64,000 bases of DNA from Harriotta raleighana (GCA_050575255.1 JBNZDD010013674.1:5026161-5090160), one strand, 5' to 3'; shown: positions 10,458-23,937, counted from the stretch's first letter. Notes: generated by a model not told the origin, from the letters alone. A program made the numbers and translations.

Positions 10458-11914
10458 ATATAAGGCTCAACCAATGAGCAAAATAGAGCTAATACACTTG
10501 TATTGGCTACAGTTTAGTTATCTGGCTATTTAATTTATACATTTTTGTTTGAAGGCCTGTTCAAAGCAATTGCTTAAGCTTTTGTTTAGGCTCTTAAATT
10601 CAATCTAAAATGAAAAACATTGTCGTCAGAGTAATTTATTCCAAGAGTCCGATCCCATAGCCTTTGATTTCCACAACCATAAAATGTTACATTGGACCAA
10701 TTTTAGTTTAATTCCTGTTTAGGATAATTGCTCAGATTTAATTTAAGTTCATGGATAATGCAGTACATCATGGCACTTGCTTCGTTTTCTCAAACGTTAA
10801 TGTATGTGACTTACAGAGTAATTTGTATTATGAAGTTACTTTTTTAAAAAGAAGTATTTATTGCCATAGACATAGAAAGGCAAGAACGGGGTTTAAATTA
10901 AGAAATATTCAATCGAAAACATTTATTTTGTTGGCCGACTAAAAGGTTTGGACATAACTTATCTGTCACTCGTGCAATGCTGGTGGAGTGCTGCATTGTT
11001 AGAGGTGGGTTAGTCAATTCTGTGGGATTGGCTAACCAAGCAACACAGAGGGTCATTGTAAGATTTCACACTAAGATTACATTGATAATAACTAGTGGCT
11101 TTACAGTAAAGCTATATCTGCTATTTTGCCATCCACAATGGACTTTCAGGTTCTCAGCAGATTCACAGTGCAATTCGTAGAGAATTGAACAGACAGTGCT
11201 GGATTACTTTGTACTGCTGACAGCCACTTTAAGCAAAGAATAATTTTACTTATAGGTTCTGTCAACAAGCTAGTTTTTCTTGCAATTAATTCTGACATCA
11301 AAATATCTGCAGTGGCAAAAATAAATGTGCACCTTTTGAAATGGCTCATCTGGCAAAGTGTTTTATCGAGTCCCTGTATTTTATTAGTGTGTTCATATCT
11401 CCAGGATAACGCAGCAATTAATTCACTGCCACTATTTTCAGATTATCATCTATGAATTGTTTTGGCAGCACTTTAGAAGTTCTTTCCACATCATTTTATT
11501 AATCTTCTATTACTTACCTTAAATTGTTAAGTGGGGCAAATCACCACAATTGTAAATTCTAGATAACAGTGGATCTTGCAAAGACTTCATAAAAATTCCC
11601 CCAAAGCCACTCTTTTAAAAAGTTAAATTTTCTCTAAATCCTATCCCTAGGTTTAGATTATATGTAAAGAGATATCTCAGGTGTGACATATACAACAGAT
11701 TTGTATGGCCGATACCATCCATTCTTGACAAAAAATAACATAACTTGCTTTAAACATTAGGACTTGGAACAAGCATTGGTGACACCTTTACAAAGTACAG
11801 TATTTGTTCTTCATCTACTCCAGTGCAAAATGTAATCAGGGTTTCTGCTTCTGGTCTCTCTCTAGTGACCATGTTGTGGCTCCTGGTAAGGGAAGGAGCA
11901 AGATAATCAACTCT

Positions 11915-12290
11915 CCAATGGCCTCCCTTAGAATCATAGAACTTTACACTGAAATAGGACATCCGACCCATCATGTCTGCAATGGATCCCTTAAAGAGAA
12001 ACTTGTCTTTCAGTCCTATTTACCTGTCTTTTACCGCATAACTCTGTAGTTTACTTCATTTTAGATATTTATCTAATTTCCACGTTTTGAGACGTCCTCC
12101 CGATGTGAAAGGCGCTTACAAGTGTAATTTTGTTGTATTTGTTGTAATTCGCTTTGGAAAGCTAACATGGATTCTGCCTTAAACACCATTCCTCATAAGG
12201 CACTCTATACTCTAAAAACTCTGTTTGAGAATTTTTTTCCTAATCTCCTGTTTGTTTGTTTGCTTGCTTGCTCACTCTTAAATTGATGCC
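11915..12290 (-). mobile_element. CR1 LINE 3' fragment with an inserted L2 tail
   Basis: agaatcatagaac...ggacatccgacccatc is an antisense CR1-type tail. L2 tail at 12088-12145. Confidence 0.55.
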
Positions 12291-12868
12291 CTCAAGTTGC
12301 TGCTCACCAAACAGCAGGTCACTAGTGAGTACATTTATTTGGCAGTTCTCTTCTTTGCTTTGATATGCTTGAAAGGAAAATCTCATTAACTCTTGACCTG
12401 CTTACATCTGTGAGTCAACCTTGTTAAAACATTGCCTTTAAAGCCAGTTGCAGCTGATGAAAAGGCAATTATTCCAACTTGCTCCTGCCCCTAAAAAGGT
12501 GGATGACAAGAGAAGAAAGAATACAATGTGAGTAAAACATATCAAGCAGTAGTTTCCTAAGAAAATATCCCGGGATATCCTCTTAACACCTCGGAACATC
12601 CTCCTAAAATGAAAGATTATTTAATGTAAATTGATTGTTGTTGAGAAGAATGTTTGGAAAATAGGATAAAGTGAAAAATAGATTTATTTCAAATTATAAA
12701 AATATTGAATAATAATAACCTTTGGATTTGGATACACCTTGCATTTGTTAACAACAACACAAAATTGCATTCATGGTGCGCCTTTCATGTCGGAAGGACT
12801 TTAAGAGGCAATGTATGTAAAATAATTAGCCTCTAGGTTTTCAGCTCCCTCTCGCATACTCTAGTACT

Positions 12869-12997
12869 AGTTCTGACAAAATGTCATCAACCTGAAACGT
12901 TAACTCACTTGTTTCTCTTCATAGATGCTGCCTGATCTGCTGAGTGTTCCCAGCACCTTTTGTTTTCATTTCAGATTTCCTGCAACTGCATTAGTTT
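12869..12997 (+). mobile_element. Penelope-like pseudo-LTR fragment with degenerate hammerhead motif
   Basis: AGTT-CTGACAA-...-GAAACGTT-AACT followed by atagatgctgcctgatctgctgagtgttcccagcacc. Homologous to the minus-strand copy at 17281-17390. Confidence 0.65.
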
Positions 12998-13044
12998 TGC
13001 CTCCGCTTCCATATGTTTCTTTTCTTATTATGTTCAATAGCTGT

Positions 13045-13140
13045 TTCTGAAAATATATATTTATTTCTAAATATATTTGTTGTAACATAAATCCCAAACA
13101 AAATACAATATCTCCTTTTTCCATTTGCCAACATCAAAAA
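13045..13140 (-). mobile_element. Short 3'-tail fragment of the same Tx1 family
   Basis: taaatatatttgttgtaacataaatcccaaacaaaatacaatatct vs taaatatatttgttgtaacatgaatcctgaacaaaataaaatatct at about 36687-36732. Confidence 0.65.
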
Positions 13141-14599
13141 AAAATCCTTTTGGAGTGTTCTTATTATTCCTGAAGTAGAAATTAATTGGCTCCTCTAGAT
13201 AAGATCTGAACTCTTATCCTCTAAGTGTTCACACTTTAAGTACAATAACTTGAATATATATATGCCTATATACTGTATTATCTCTCCGCCAACACCCACA
13301 TCCCCCCACCACCAAGAAATGCTGATTTATTTTATCCACTACTAGAATATGGTTTGCTGAATGCTAAGTACCCTGTGGTAGTTCATATAAGAGCCTTAAC
13401 AGTGAATCCTACTGGGATATTCAACCCACTTGTACCCTCAGTCTCTCTCCCTCTCTCTAACTCTTGGGAATATCACAGCCAAGCCTAAACCTATACTTTA
13501 ACTGACATCCACATAGTGAACAGGAGTGTAATAAACTTCCCTTGTTAAAGCAAGGTCCTGATTACTGACCTGTTCTGAGATCAGTAGTGCAGCACACCAT
13601 AAGATTTAATTCTGCCACCTGACCTGATATAGAGCTGCATTGGTGCCTTTAGCCCTTGGATTATAGGAGGAGTTTGAAGAAATTAATGCTTCTTTGAAAT
13701 TCCATAGCAAGAGTCATAGCAACTCAGATAAAAAGTTCTCACTAGATGTAGTTTAATGAACAACATAGAGATATGACATAAAATTAAAATAAAGCTGGGG
13801 TAACCATATGATCTGCTTACACTGCATATTGAGATTGTTTACATTAGGCTATATCTTTCAGGGTGAACATCTGAATTTAAAACAGCATCTACCAAAAGGC
13901 ACTCAGTACAACACAGAGAGAGCAAAACTGCATTATAATAGAATGTAATGAAACTACTGATGTGTACTGTAGGACAAATGATATCAATCACTCAGGTTAC
14001 TGTGTCTAAATCTGTGCTGTGGGTATTTACAAACTGAGAAGGCAAAGATAGATTTGGGGTTTTCCCACAAACTGAAAGAGGGTCACAGTTTGGGAGAAAA
14101 CTTTCCTCCCTCCCTTTCAAATAAGCTGCTGAATTGCTGTTCATCTTTCTCATTGTTACAATTTTCCCATTCGTTCTCTGCATCCACACTGTCCTCTTTG
14201 ATCAGGAGCGTGGGAAGGTTTGATCTACAGATAGCTGCATGAAAGCCAATGATTCTGCTGCTTGACTAATTCACCATGGAGCATGTTTCAAGACTGGAAA
14301 ACAAATTCTTCCCAAGCCAGATTGCCCTCCCCTCTACTTAGATAACTTGCAGCCTCATTTTCTAGGCAAAGCTTGAGGGAAAAATAACTTTGAAGGTTGA
14401 AATTTAACAGAAATATTAAATCCTTTTTAAAATAACTATATAAGTACATTTATGTTGATGTACTTAGCTAATAATTCAATAATTGTGATACTATATTCTA
14501 TTATCCTATTATAATATTATAGCATGCTTAAATCAAATATTAAATATATTTTAAAAAATAGAATAGTGCTTGAGAGTTGACAGGTTTGTATTTTATAAC

Positions 14600-14830
14600 A
14601 TCCACCCGAACAGCCATTTAAGTCTCATCTGAAGGATACCACGTATACAACAACAAAACAACGGCAGAATCAAATACTATAATTACATCTACAACAATGC
14701 ATTGTCACACCGATAAAATTATACCTATAAAATTATACCTATAAAATTATACCTATAACAGTGCATTGGAATGTCAGCCAGGACTTTATGAGATCAAGGT
14801 CATTCCTTTGGGATTTGAACCCATAATCTT
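14600..14830 (-). mobile_element. Deu-type SINE 5' part, interrupted by a 14-bp tandem repeat
   Basis: Reverse strand shows a B-box-like gggttcaaatccc, then ctggctgacattccaatgcactg and cagatgagacttaaat...gggtggatg. (ataaaattatacct)x3 at 14713-14754. Confidence 0.55.
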
Positions 14831-16359
14831 GAAAGAGTTATTGAATACTTATTTTTTCGTAGTTCATCTTGAGTCACCTTTATTGAGTCTCTTAGTTGGA
14901 TTATTTGCACTGTGTTGGTGTTTTGCTCCATCTGGTGGTTCTTGAAGATAATACAAGATCAAAATACGAATATTTAATACAATTATCACTCGTGTTGATT
15001 ATCACTTCACAAAGTGCATATTACCCCCTGCATCCTTAAGAATTTAGAAGTCATTTTAGGGAATGCCCATATTTACTTCCTCTAAAATTGTCGCTGAATT
15101 TACCTAACTACAGTATGTTGTAAAAATGTTATAATAACACTAAAATTTATTTTCTGGTAAGACCAATTTATGGTATTGAAATATATATACATTTCCTGTT
15201 AGTCACTCAGTTTACAAACTGTGGTGCCAGGATATCCCAAAGATTAATGTCCTTCATAACAAGCCATTAGTAAGAGTTTTTACAAATGGAATTAAGTTGA
15301 CTCTTCCAACTTGTAAAGGGCACTCCATTTTTTGCACTGTCCTTTATGTTTGTTGCAGAGATCCTGGCTAAGGCAATCTACTCACACCAGGGGTTTGGTA
15401 GATTGTGGATCAGAAAGTAGATTCATAACATAGGGCTTCCTACAGGTAATATTTTAAGCTTCTCTCTTTCGCACATGAAGCGAGGTAGCTGACTGCACAG
15501 TGGAATAGGTCCACAGTGCAATTACATCATAAGTGAATTTGAGCTACAGTGAACATGAGTTATAGTAGGGCTGCAAAGTATTCCTGAAATTTTAGTTCAA
15601 TATTAATAATTCTTCCATTTGATATAGTGCCTTATCACCTCTTTGAGACATCTCAAAATCCTTCACAGAATATACTATAAATTGAATTGAATGTATATTT
15701 TCTTGGCCAAAGTTTAATGAAAAAATCCCATGTTCAATGAAAGATTTGCTTCTCTAAATTCCTTTTGGCTTGAAATTTTTTTAAAAGATAAGTGTAGAGG
15801 GTTGCCAGCATTTTCTTCTGACCACTTTTGTTAAAAAAAGAATTGGAACAACTTCCTTAAGATTTAAGATTCAAACATGCACAATATTATTCTGTGAGAT
15901 CTGTACTTTATTAAAAAGTCTCAGTGGTAATTTAAATGATTTGTAGCATGCTCTATAGTATTTTTAATCTTCAGCCTTCTTCTGAGGTTTATGAACTCAT
16001 AAAGTATCAATTAGTTGGCCAGCTACAGTCAGTCATATGTCTCCCAGCTGTTTCGCTAGTCAGCCATCTGTGCCTCTGATTATAACACATTCCTTCTTAT
16101 TATTAGTCTCCTACAATAACAGTGGTCAGCCTGCAGTGTCTACAGGATATTGACATCATTGAAGACATGAAGCCTGATATAAACTGACTGAAAACACAGG
16201 TACCACCTGGTTTAGCAGCAGTTTTGCCTGATGCCCTTTTTCCTGTTTCTTGCTCAATTGGTGGCCTCTCTCGCCACTGAGTCAGATTCAAGCCAAATGT
16301 TGATCATTCAACTCATAGTCTAATACACAGTCAGTATTGGCTCACATTTGACTGTTAAA

Positions 16360-16560
16360 CCAAGGTCATGTCTGTCTGTACAGTGTGGACATTAAAAATT
16401 CCATGGAGTTATTAGAAAACAGAACAAAGTTTCTCCTGGTGTCCCGGCCAATTATTCCCAAGATTGTTTACTGCAGTGAAAGTGCCAGAGAAATACATAG
16501 TCCTGGTACATTCAGAAAAACTCTATAAAGCATTTTGAGATGTTTGAACGTGATAAGACT
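16360..16560 (+). mobile_element. Old Deu-domain SINE
   Basis: gtggacattaaaaattccatggagttatt...ttctcctggtgtcccggccaattattccc followed by taaagcattttgagatg tail. Confidence 0.6.
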
Positions 16561-17280
16561 TGCAAAACAAATACATTTTTGCAAGAGCAATCCCGCCCTC
16601 TCCTACTCTCATAAAATGGTATTATTTCAAACAGACATCTTAAATAGCAACCGTTTGTAATTAGTTGCATCTGTTCACAATCTTTACAATCTTAGATCTT
16701 TCTGGACTCTTTACTTTACTATAATAGGGACATGGCAGATGAAATTATTTTGCCTTTGGCATCAACAGTGGTGCCTGTTAATTAGAGTCAAAGAGGCCGA
16801 ATGCAGCAACTAGGGCAAGTGGATGGACATAATGATCCATCTCCTGATTCTTAACCATTTTAATGTCAGTGAACATGAGGGCAAACTGAGGTTGAGATTA
16901 ATTCCACAGTAATGATTGTTTAAGCATCCCATTACGCTTGATGCAGCTAGATTCTTACTCTAAATAGGTCTGCGTTCCAGCTGAGTGTTCCAACAGAATA
17001 CAAGAGCAACAGAAGGAAATTAATTTCACTTGTTGCAAATGGACCCCCTGCTTATCTGCTGTACTCCCTCCCTCTGTTTGGCACAAATACTAGTGGGAGA
17101 CCATTTGAATACTTTGGTCTGCCAGTTACCATCCATCCGCCTTATAACAGGCTCCAGAACAGTTGGCAGGCAAGTTTTATCAACAACAGCAATAACCCAT
17201 TACCACCTGCAGGGAAAGCAATTTGGACCAGAGGAAATTAACTTGGAAATTACAGTAACTTCTCAATTGGGCCAGAATAA

Positions 17281-17782
17281 TTCAGGAACAAAAACAGAAG
17301 TCGCTGGAAACACTCAGCAGGTTAAGCAGCATCTATGGAAAAAGGAAAAGTGAGTCAACATTTCGGGTCCACGACCCTTTGTCAGAACTGGAGCATATTG
17401 GGACGGAGAGGCTTTTAAGGATTAACAGAGAGGGGGGAAGCAGGGAAAGGAAGTCAAGGAAGAAAATGGGGGAGAGGGCAGGAGATGATGGGTTAAAGAG
17501 GTGTTAATGTTGTGAAACAAAAGGGGGAATTGTAACTGGAGAGAAGAGGTGTTAAGAACATTAAAACAAAGAGGGGGTGAAATTGCCAAAGAACAGACAG
17601 ATCAAATGGGTTGCAGAAGAGGAGGAAGGTGAGCTGTTAAGGCTTGAAAATATTAAAATCAATATTAAAGCCAGAGGGCTGTAAGGTCCTTCCTTCTCTT
17701 CTGCCACCATCTGATCTACCTGTTCTTTGGTAATTTTACCCCCTCTTTGTTTTAATGTTATTAACACTTCTACTCTCCAGTT
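17281..17782 (-). mobile_element. 5'-truncated Penelope-like retroelement with inverted partial pseudo-LTR
   Basis: Minus strand 17687-17637 encodes TLQPSGFNIDFNIFKP*, like the end of the Penelope GIY-YIG domain. About 95-bp inverted arms at 17534-17629 and 17688-17782. Hammerhead-like motif at 17353-17389. Confidence 0.75.
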
Positions 17783-17984
17783 TTGTTGCAATAATTCAGA
17801 ACCTTATATTTTGTGGTTCTTTCATTCTCCTCCTCTTTGCATTCTCTTCATCCTGTACTACTATTTCATCCTCCTTCTGGTCCCAAATGTTTTTTTGGGA
17901 GGGGCTTTGATGCACAAATGTAATATTATTAATAATAATATTATTATGAATAGTAATACAGACAGAGCAAGCACCTCCCTTCGG

Positions 17985-18245
17985 TGCTCACCAAATGGAG
18001 GGAGTCACCAGCTTGGCAAGTCGCAAAGTGGAGAGGAGGATCTTGATCTCGATCCTCTGAGAATGGGGAGCATGTGAAGCCAGGCAAGGATAGGGGTGAT
18101 CGTATCAGAGGGCTTGGTGGGGGAGGGAACACAAGCGGCAGAGTTCTGGATAATCTGTATCATGTGGAGGAAAGAATTGGGAAGTCACACAATTTGGGAG
18201 TTAGCATAGTCGAGCCTGGAAGTAATTAATGAAGGCATGGATGAC
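17985..18245 (-). mobile_element. L2 LINE fragment
   Basis: gaggatcttgatctcgatcct...gcagagttctggataatctg...agcatagtcgagcctgga, the same antisense L2 body as 4430-4540 and 48160-48345. Confidence 0.7.
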
Positions 18246-20749
18246 ATTGTATACTTCCATGTTACACTTTCAAAATATTAAATCTTTTTTAAAAAATTGA
18301 AAGCAAACTTTGTAAAAAAATGTCTGCATTATTGAAATGGTTCATTTTTACATTTATCAAAATATGAGACGCTATTCCGCTGTTGTTGTTGTATTTGAAA
18401 AGGTTGCAATCATACATATTGTTGTCGGCACCACAGTATACTCAATGTATGTGTTTATTTTAGGGGATAAATCAATCATTTACATATCTCATTATGAGGT
18501 ATCTGTTTCAAACTGCAGCAAATATTTGCAGAAGGAAGGGATGCATTATTGATTCATCTGACTGCCAAAGATCCTTTTGTTAATATTTATTCCTAAAACT
18601 AATAGGTCATAAAGGTTCTTCCCACACATTATTGCTACATTTAGTTTTTATGAGATTCCCGATGAGTGTCATTGTGTTTTATATGAATTGGCTTATCATA
18701 TATTCAGCAGGACTATTGAGGTACACCTACAGAAATATTAAACTTGTAGCGTTGAGGTGAGAAAATCGTCAGCTGTAATGGATTTTTATTTCAATAATTC
18801 CCAGTTGCTCTACTTGTGTTGCCAACAGCTAATCTTTGTCTTTTGGTTTTACCTTTGTGATTGACAGGAACTTAAAAGAACTTAAATAAAACTGTCTCGT
18901 GCTTTAGAATTTACCAAATTCCATTCATTCAGGAATGCCATGTTAACAGAGTAAATCTGGACCCATGTGGAATTTCTAAGCTATACTCCTATGTAGTTTG
19001 CATGGAATTCGAATAATACAAAGATTATGAATTGATGAATTAACCACGTCTTTACTCAGCTGTTCCATTCCTATTGAAAGCCCCTATTGGTAGGTAAATG
19101 ATTCTTGTGAGTATAATGTGAGATTAATGGGTACCTCTGTAAGGAGCAGGATGTGAAAGGGCAAACATTGTCTGCAAACTCTTTTAAAAAATATGATCAA
19201 TTGTGGCTTACCTCAGATATTAACAAACACAATGTAAAATAGAATATAATCAGTGTCAACTGTCTGACATGATATGTATCTATAGTAATGTAAATGTTTG
19301 TTGTGAAAGCTATTGTGAAAATTAGTTATTATTCATATACTGTAGCAACATATTTAAAAAGTGACAGACTGCGTAACTGGAAAAATGAGGTTGGTGAACT
19401 TTAATCTTTGTTGAAACAACATCTTGCAGTTTGTGTATGGTGACATGAAGTCATTAATTATTCACTTGGCACTCACAATTCTCATTACATATATAATGGC
19501 ACGTTATTGATGGAGTTCCACAGTGTAATATTCCTAATGGATCCCTATAAACAGCCCAGAGCAAAATTCTTTATGTTGGTAAGAATCAATTAATTATACT
19601 GAGTCTGAACAGTATAGCAAACAAAGAAAAATACAGGTATATGAAATTTGTTTTGAAACATGCATGAATTGCCCAAGGCTTCAATTTATTTCAGACGTGA
19701 ATCAACAAGAACAACAACTTGCATTTATATAGTGCCCTTCATGCAGGGTAATGCCTCAGCGTGTTTACAATGTCTGATCTACCATGAATTAACTTTGTGA
19801 CCAATAAATATTTGCAGTTGTATGGTATAGCTGCATGGCCCACTCTCATCACGGAAGGTTGTGTATTTAGGACCCAGTCAGGGCTTGGAGCCTAGATAGC
19901 CTAAGTTGACAATCCAATGTAGGGCTGGTTTCCTTTAAATTAGCTGCATGGCGAATCGGCTGAAGTGTTCACCCACTATATAGAGTCACTCCACTTTACA
20001 GTGACTCCAGTAAGACGTCCCCACCCACCCCACCCCCATTATGCTATATCAAATCTAAAAACTATTATTTACACTGTAATTGTCATACAATTCAAACTCT
20101 TCAATTGGTGCCATTTCATTTAATTTACATACTTATAATTAAGACCAAAATCCTAAATGTTGAAACAATTTAAGCAGAAAATAATTAGCTAGACTCTGGT
20201 TGTCCTGCGACAAAAATGACCACAGACACTGATGCAATCCCCATTTCTAATTATATTTGAATCACTGCCTTGTTTCTGCAAACCTTTCCTTCTTAACAAT
20301 ACATGCTGAATTTCATAAGAATAATCACATATGAAATCAAATGCAAGGATTATATTATTAAAGATTCTCGGCACAAATTCTTAATATGGACCAACAATAC
20401 TTTGCAAACTGAATCACAAAGCGATTGACACACTTTTATTCAATGTGTAGATAAGGGGCACTTGCTTATAACCTGCATTCTAAATTATGCTGTTGAATTA
20501 TGAGACTAAATGATGCAGATCCAAGGTGCTCTTTTATTCATCCAGTGCCATCTGCAATGATTTAATTAATCAAAAATGTAAACATATGAAAATCACATGA
20601 AATTGATGATGCCAGAAGTGAGCGAGGCTGATCTCACCATTTTACTGATGAAGTCACAACATGTCTTTGCATCCTGTGCTTTGTTAGTAAGATTTTTATT
20701 ACCCTTTTCAAGATGAATTTTCTGGCATAGTGAAGTGCATTGCGTATCC

Positions 20750-21200
20750 TTGGATGGTGATGCTGTCAGCGCCTGAGGTGTGGAGGTGCTGACAGGAGCC
20801 AGTCAGTAGGGCTTCAGTTTTGTTGATGGTCAACTGAAGAACTCATCCAGGACTTTATGTCTGACAGACATTCTGTTATGACAGCAGTACTCTTGGAGTC
20901 AAGGATAGACGCAGAGAGATAGAGTTGGGTGTCATCCACATATATGTGGAAGTTGACCCTATCATGGCGGATGATGTCACTAAGAGGCAGCATATAGATA
21001 TTGAAGAGGAGGGGACCAAGGACAGAGCCCAGAGGAACACTACACAAGATGGTGGGGGTGCTAGAGCAGAAACTGTTTGTAGAGATGAAGTGGAGACAAT
21101 GTGAGAGGTAGGATCTTAAAAAAAATTCAAAGAGAGAATCATGAAGGTTCAGGTAGAGGAGAGGCGCTGGAGGAGGATAGAGTGGTCAACAATATCAAAT
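20750..21200 (-). mobile_element. L2 LINE RT-domain fragment
   Basis: ORF 20814-21047: VPLGSVLGPLLFNIYMLPLSDIIRH...FHIYVDDTQLYLS, matching the PQG and YADD regions. Confidence 0.9.
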
Positions 21201-21725
21201 CACTTGAAGTGTGATCTTGAGTCTCCGAATACCAAGTTGTGTGTGTGAAACTGAGCTCTATATAGCCTGATGGGACCAGGTTCAATCCCTGGTCTGTAAA
21301 TCAGGTTGGTTGCTACCATTTATTCTTGAGCTGGGAAGCAATCAAATCAGTCAGGAATCACTGGAATGGAATGTACAAGCTTGTGGATATTGGTGAGGAA
21401 AGGCTGCTTCAGTCAAACAATGACACTCACTATATTGACCCACCCATGGACAATGATTACGTTGAGGGCGATACTCCGGAGGGTAGTCAGTGTCTGTGAA
21501 ACCATATCCCAGCAAAAGATTATGGGATAGCAATTACACCTAGGTGTAGATTTACTCTATGTGTATAGCATTTCAAATAATCCAGAATATGACAAATTAT
21601 TGAACTAATTTTAAATTCTTCTTAAATCTGTTTTCTGTCATTCTGAAATGAAACATCAGAAGATTAATATTAAACCCTGGTTGAATTTCTGCCCAAGTAA
21701 CCCCAGGAAAGTAGGGGGTGGGTGG

Positions 21726-22213
21726 AGGGATTACAAGTGAGAGAAGTATGACTTAACAAATGAAGCATTGAAGAAAGTAAATACGAGCATTTTTTAAAAA
21801 TCATGGTAACTGAATATGTATACTCTAGATACATTGCATAGTGTCTCTAACTGGGTATAATTCCATGATTTTACATTAGCAATGTTGGGTTTGATAATGC
21901 ANGAGGGATTACAAGTGAGAGAAGTATGACTTAACAAATGAAGCATTGAAGAAAGTAAATACGAGCATTTTTTAAAAATCATGGTAACTGAATATGTATA
22001 CTCTAGATACATTGCATAGTGTCTCTAACTGGGTATANGGGGATTACAAGTGAGAGAAGTATGATTTAACAAATGAAGCATTGAAGAAAGTAAATACGAG
22101 CATTTTAAAAAAATCATGGTAACTGAATATGTATACTCTAGATACATTGCATAGTGTCTCTAACTGGGTATAATTCCATGATTTTACATTAGCAATGTTG
22201 GGTTTGATAATGC
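21726..22213. repeat. Triplicated segment of about 135-175 bp separated by single n (probable assembly artefact)
   Basis: Three near-identical copies begin gggattacaagtgagagaag, joined at n (21902, 22038). Confidence 0.8.
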
Positions 22214-23937
22214 ATGTCACTCTGGAGAAGCAATCTCTTTGTGTAGCTAATCTCTTAGATCAAATTTATTCTCCTTCTGTCTCTTTTGTACAATAATTAG
22301 GCTAATGGTGTCCAGTAAACAAGGAACCCAACACCATGTTAAAGTGTATCTAATTCAAGCTGCTGAGAGTTCCACCTACAGTATGTATGTAGGTTAATGT
22401 TATTATTGATTTGCATATCTTGACTGTTTTCATTTATTCATTTCTATATACAGTATTTTAATATTCAGTTTATATTGATTCTATTTTAGTTGTAACTAAA
22501 AAGACTAATTTATTAGCTCTTTAATGATTATCAACGTAGACAGCACTGTTCCTATATTCAAAGCTGTTACAAGAATTCATTTTGCCTTCTTTCTAGTCTC
22601 ACTGATCAAATATATGTGGCTGGTACAAAGCTCAGCCTGTTGTGAGCTATTATTTTGAGAAAAAGTCTTTTTTTCTTCATCTCATCTGTCTGTAGAATGG
22701 AAAATATCATCACTCAGCTGATTAAATATTTATTTTCAGTCATATTTGATGGCTTAGGTCTTCCTTTACACAGATTACCACCACTACTAATCCTATAACA
22801 GAATTGTTATCCTGAGGTTACCCCAAAGCAGTCTCTGTAATGTCACCCTGAAACATTTGCCTACTATCTGATTTTATCAGCTATAATGTAATCTATTTCT
22901 TAGCATGGGAGTGCTGATGTTATCAATTCACTTCTTGCCCCAATAGAGCTATCATCTAGTATTACTTGGTGTGCATTGGTGCTAGCTCTTATCAAGTTAC
23001 ACATCTCCTTTGCAATCCATTTTAAACTGCAGAATGAAACACTTCTAAAGCCAAACTTTCTGAAAAGCTGAACCTACTCACAATTCTAATGGCAGTTTTA
23101 TTGCACGTGTTATTTCCTGTGAACTGTTCCCATTTGTGACTGATCTTATCTTTGACTAAGAAGTTCTTGCTCTTTCTTAAATGTTGGAATTTACCAATTT
23201 ACCCCCAGAGGTTGGTGATCACAGATAAAATGACAAACCTGGTGTTAGAATGTGTCTCTGTCCACAAAGGTATACGAGTGAAAACAGTACAGCCATAAAT
23301 GTGACATCGACATCCGTATAGTTGGTTCTCTTGGATACAAACTAGTCCATTCAGAGTTTACCCAGAAAGACCAATCTGTTTAGAGATAGAAATGCTAAAC
23401 ATCAACGTGAACTGCTTATTTTTGACTTTAAATGTAAAACACTGGATCTCCAAGTCAAATTTATAAATAAATGTTGGTACCTAATGTTATCAGTACTGTT
23501 GTTAAGCTGTACCAGATCCCACATAATGCTAAATATGCTCCCCAAGTTCTGTTATGCTACGTTAACAAGCAGTGAACACTCATTTATTTTCCACCAAGTA
23601 CCACCTTGAGCAATGTGCCACACCGGAGTTTAAGCTTCTACTAGGTCTCTCAGTTGGATAGCTCACACTTATAACAACACAACTATGCCTTTGGCTTGTA
23701 CAGCAGAGTTCTATTTCCTTTGCTTGATGAGCTGCTACTTGCTGAAGTTCACTGGTTAGACCCCATGTTATAGCGTCAGGTCTTCACAAATAATTTGATA
23801 TGAAGAAGTCTTTAAGGAACAACAACAACAAAATTACACTTGTATAGTGCCTTTCATGTCAGAAGGACACACAGTCTTCCAACCTGAGAGAAACTCTCCA
23901 TTCTAGGTATATATTATGGGGGTTTAGTTCAAAGTAT

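Noticed and set aside
21726-22213. Apparent tandem triplication as a biological repeat array
   Set aside because: Copies join exactly at single n characters and differ by a few allelic-looking changes, so unmerged contig ends or haplotypes are more likely.
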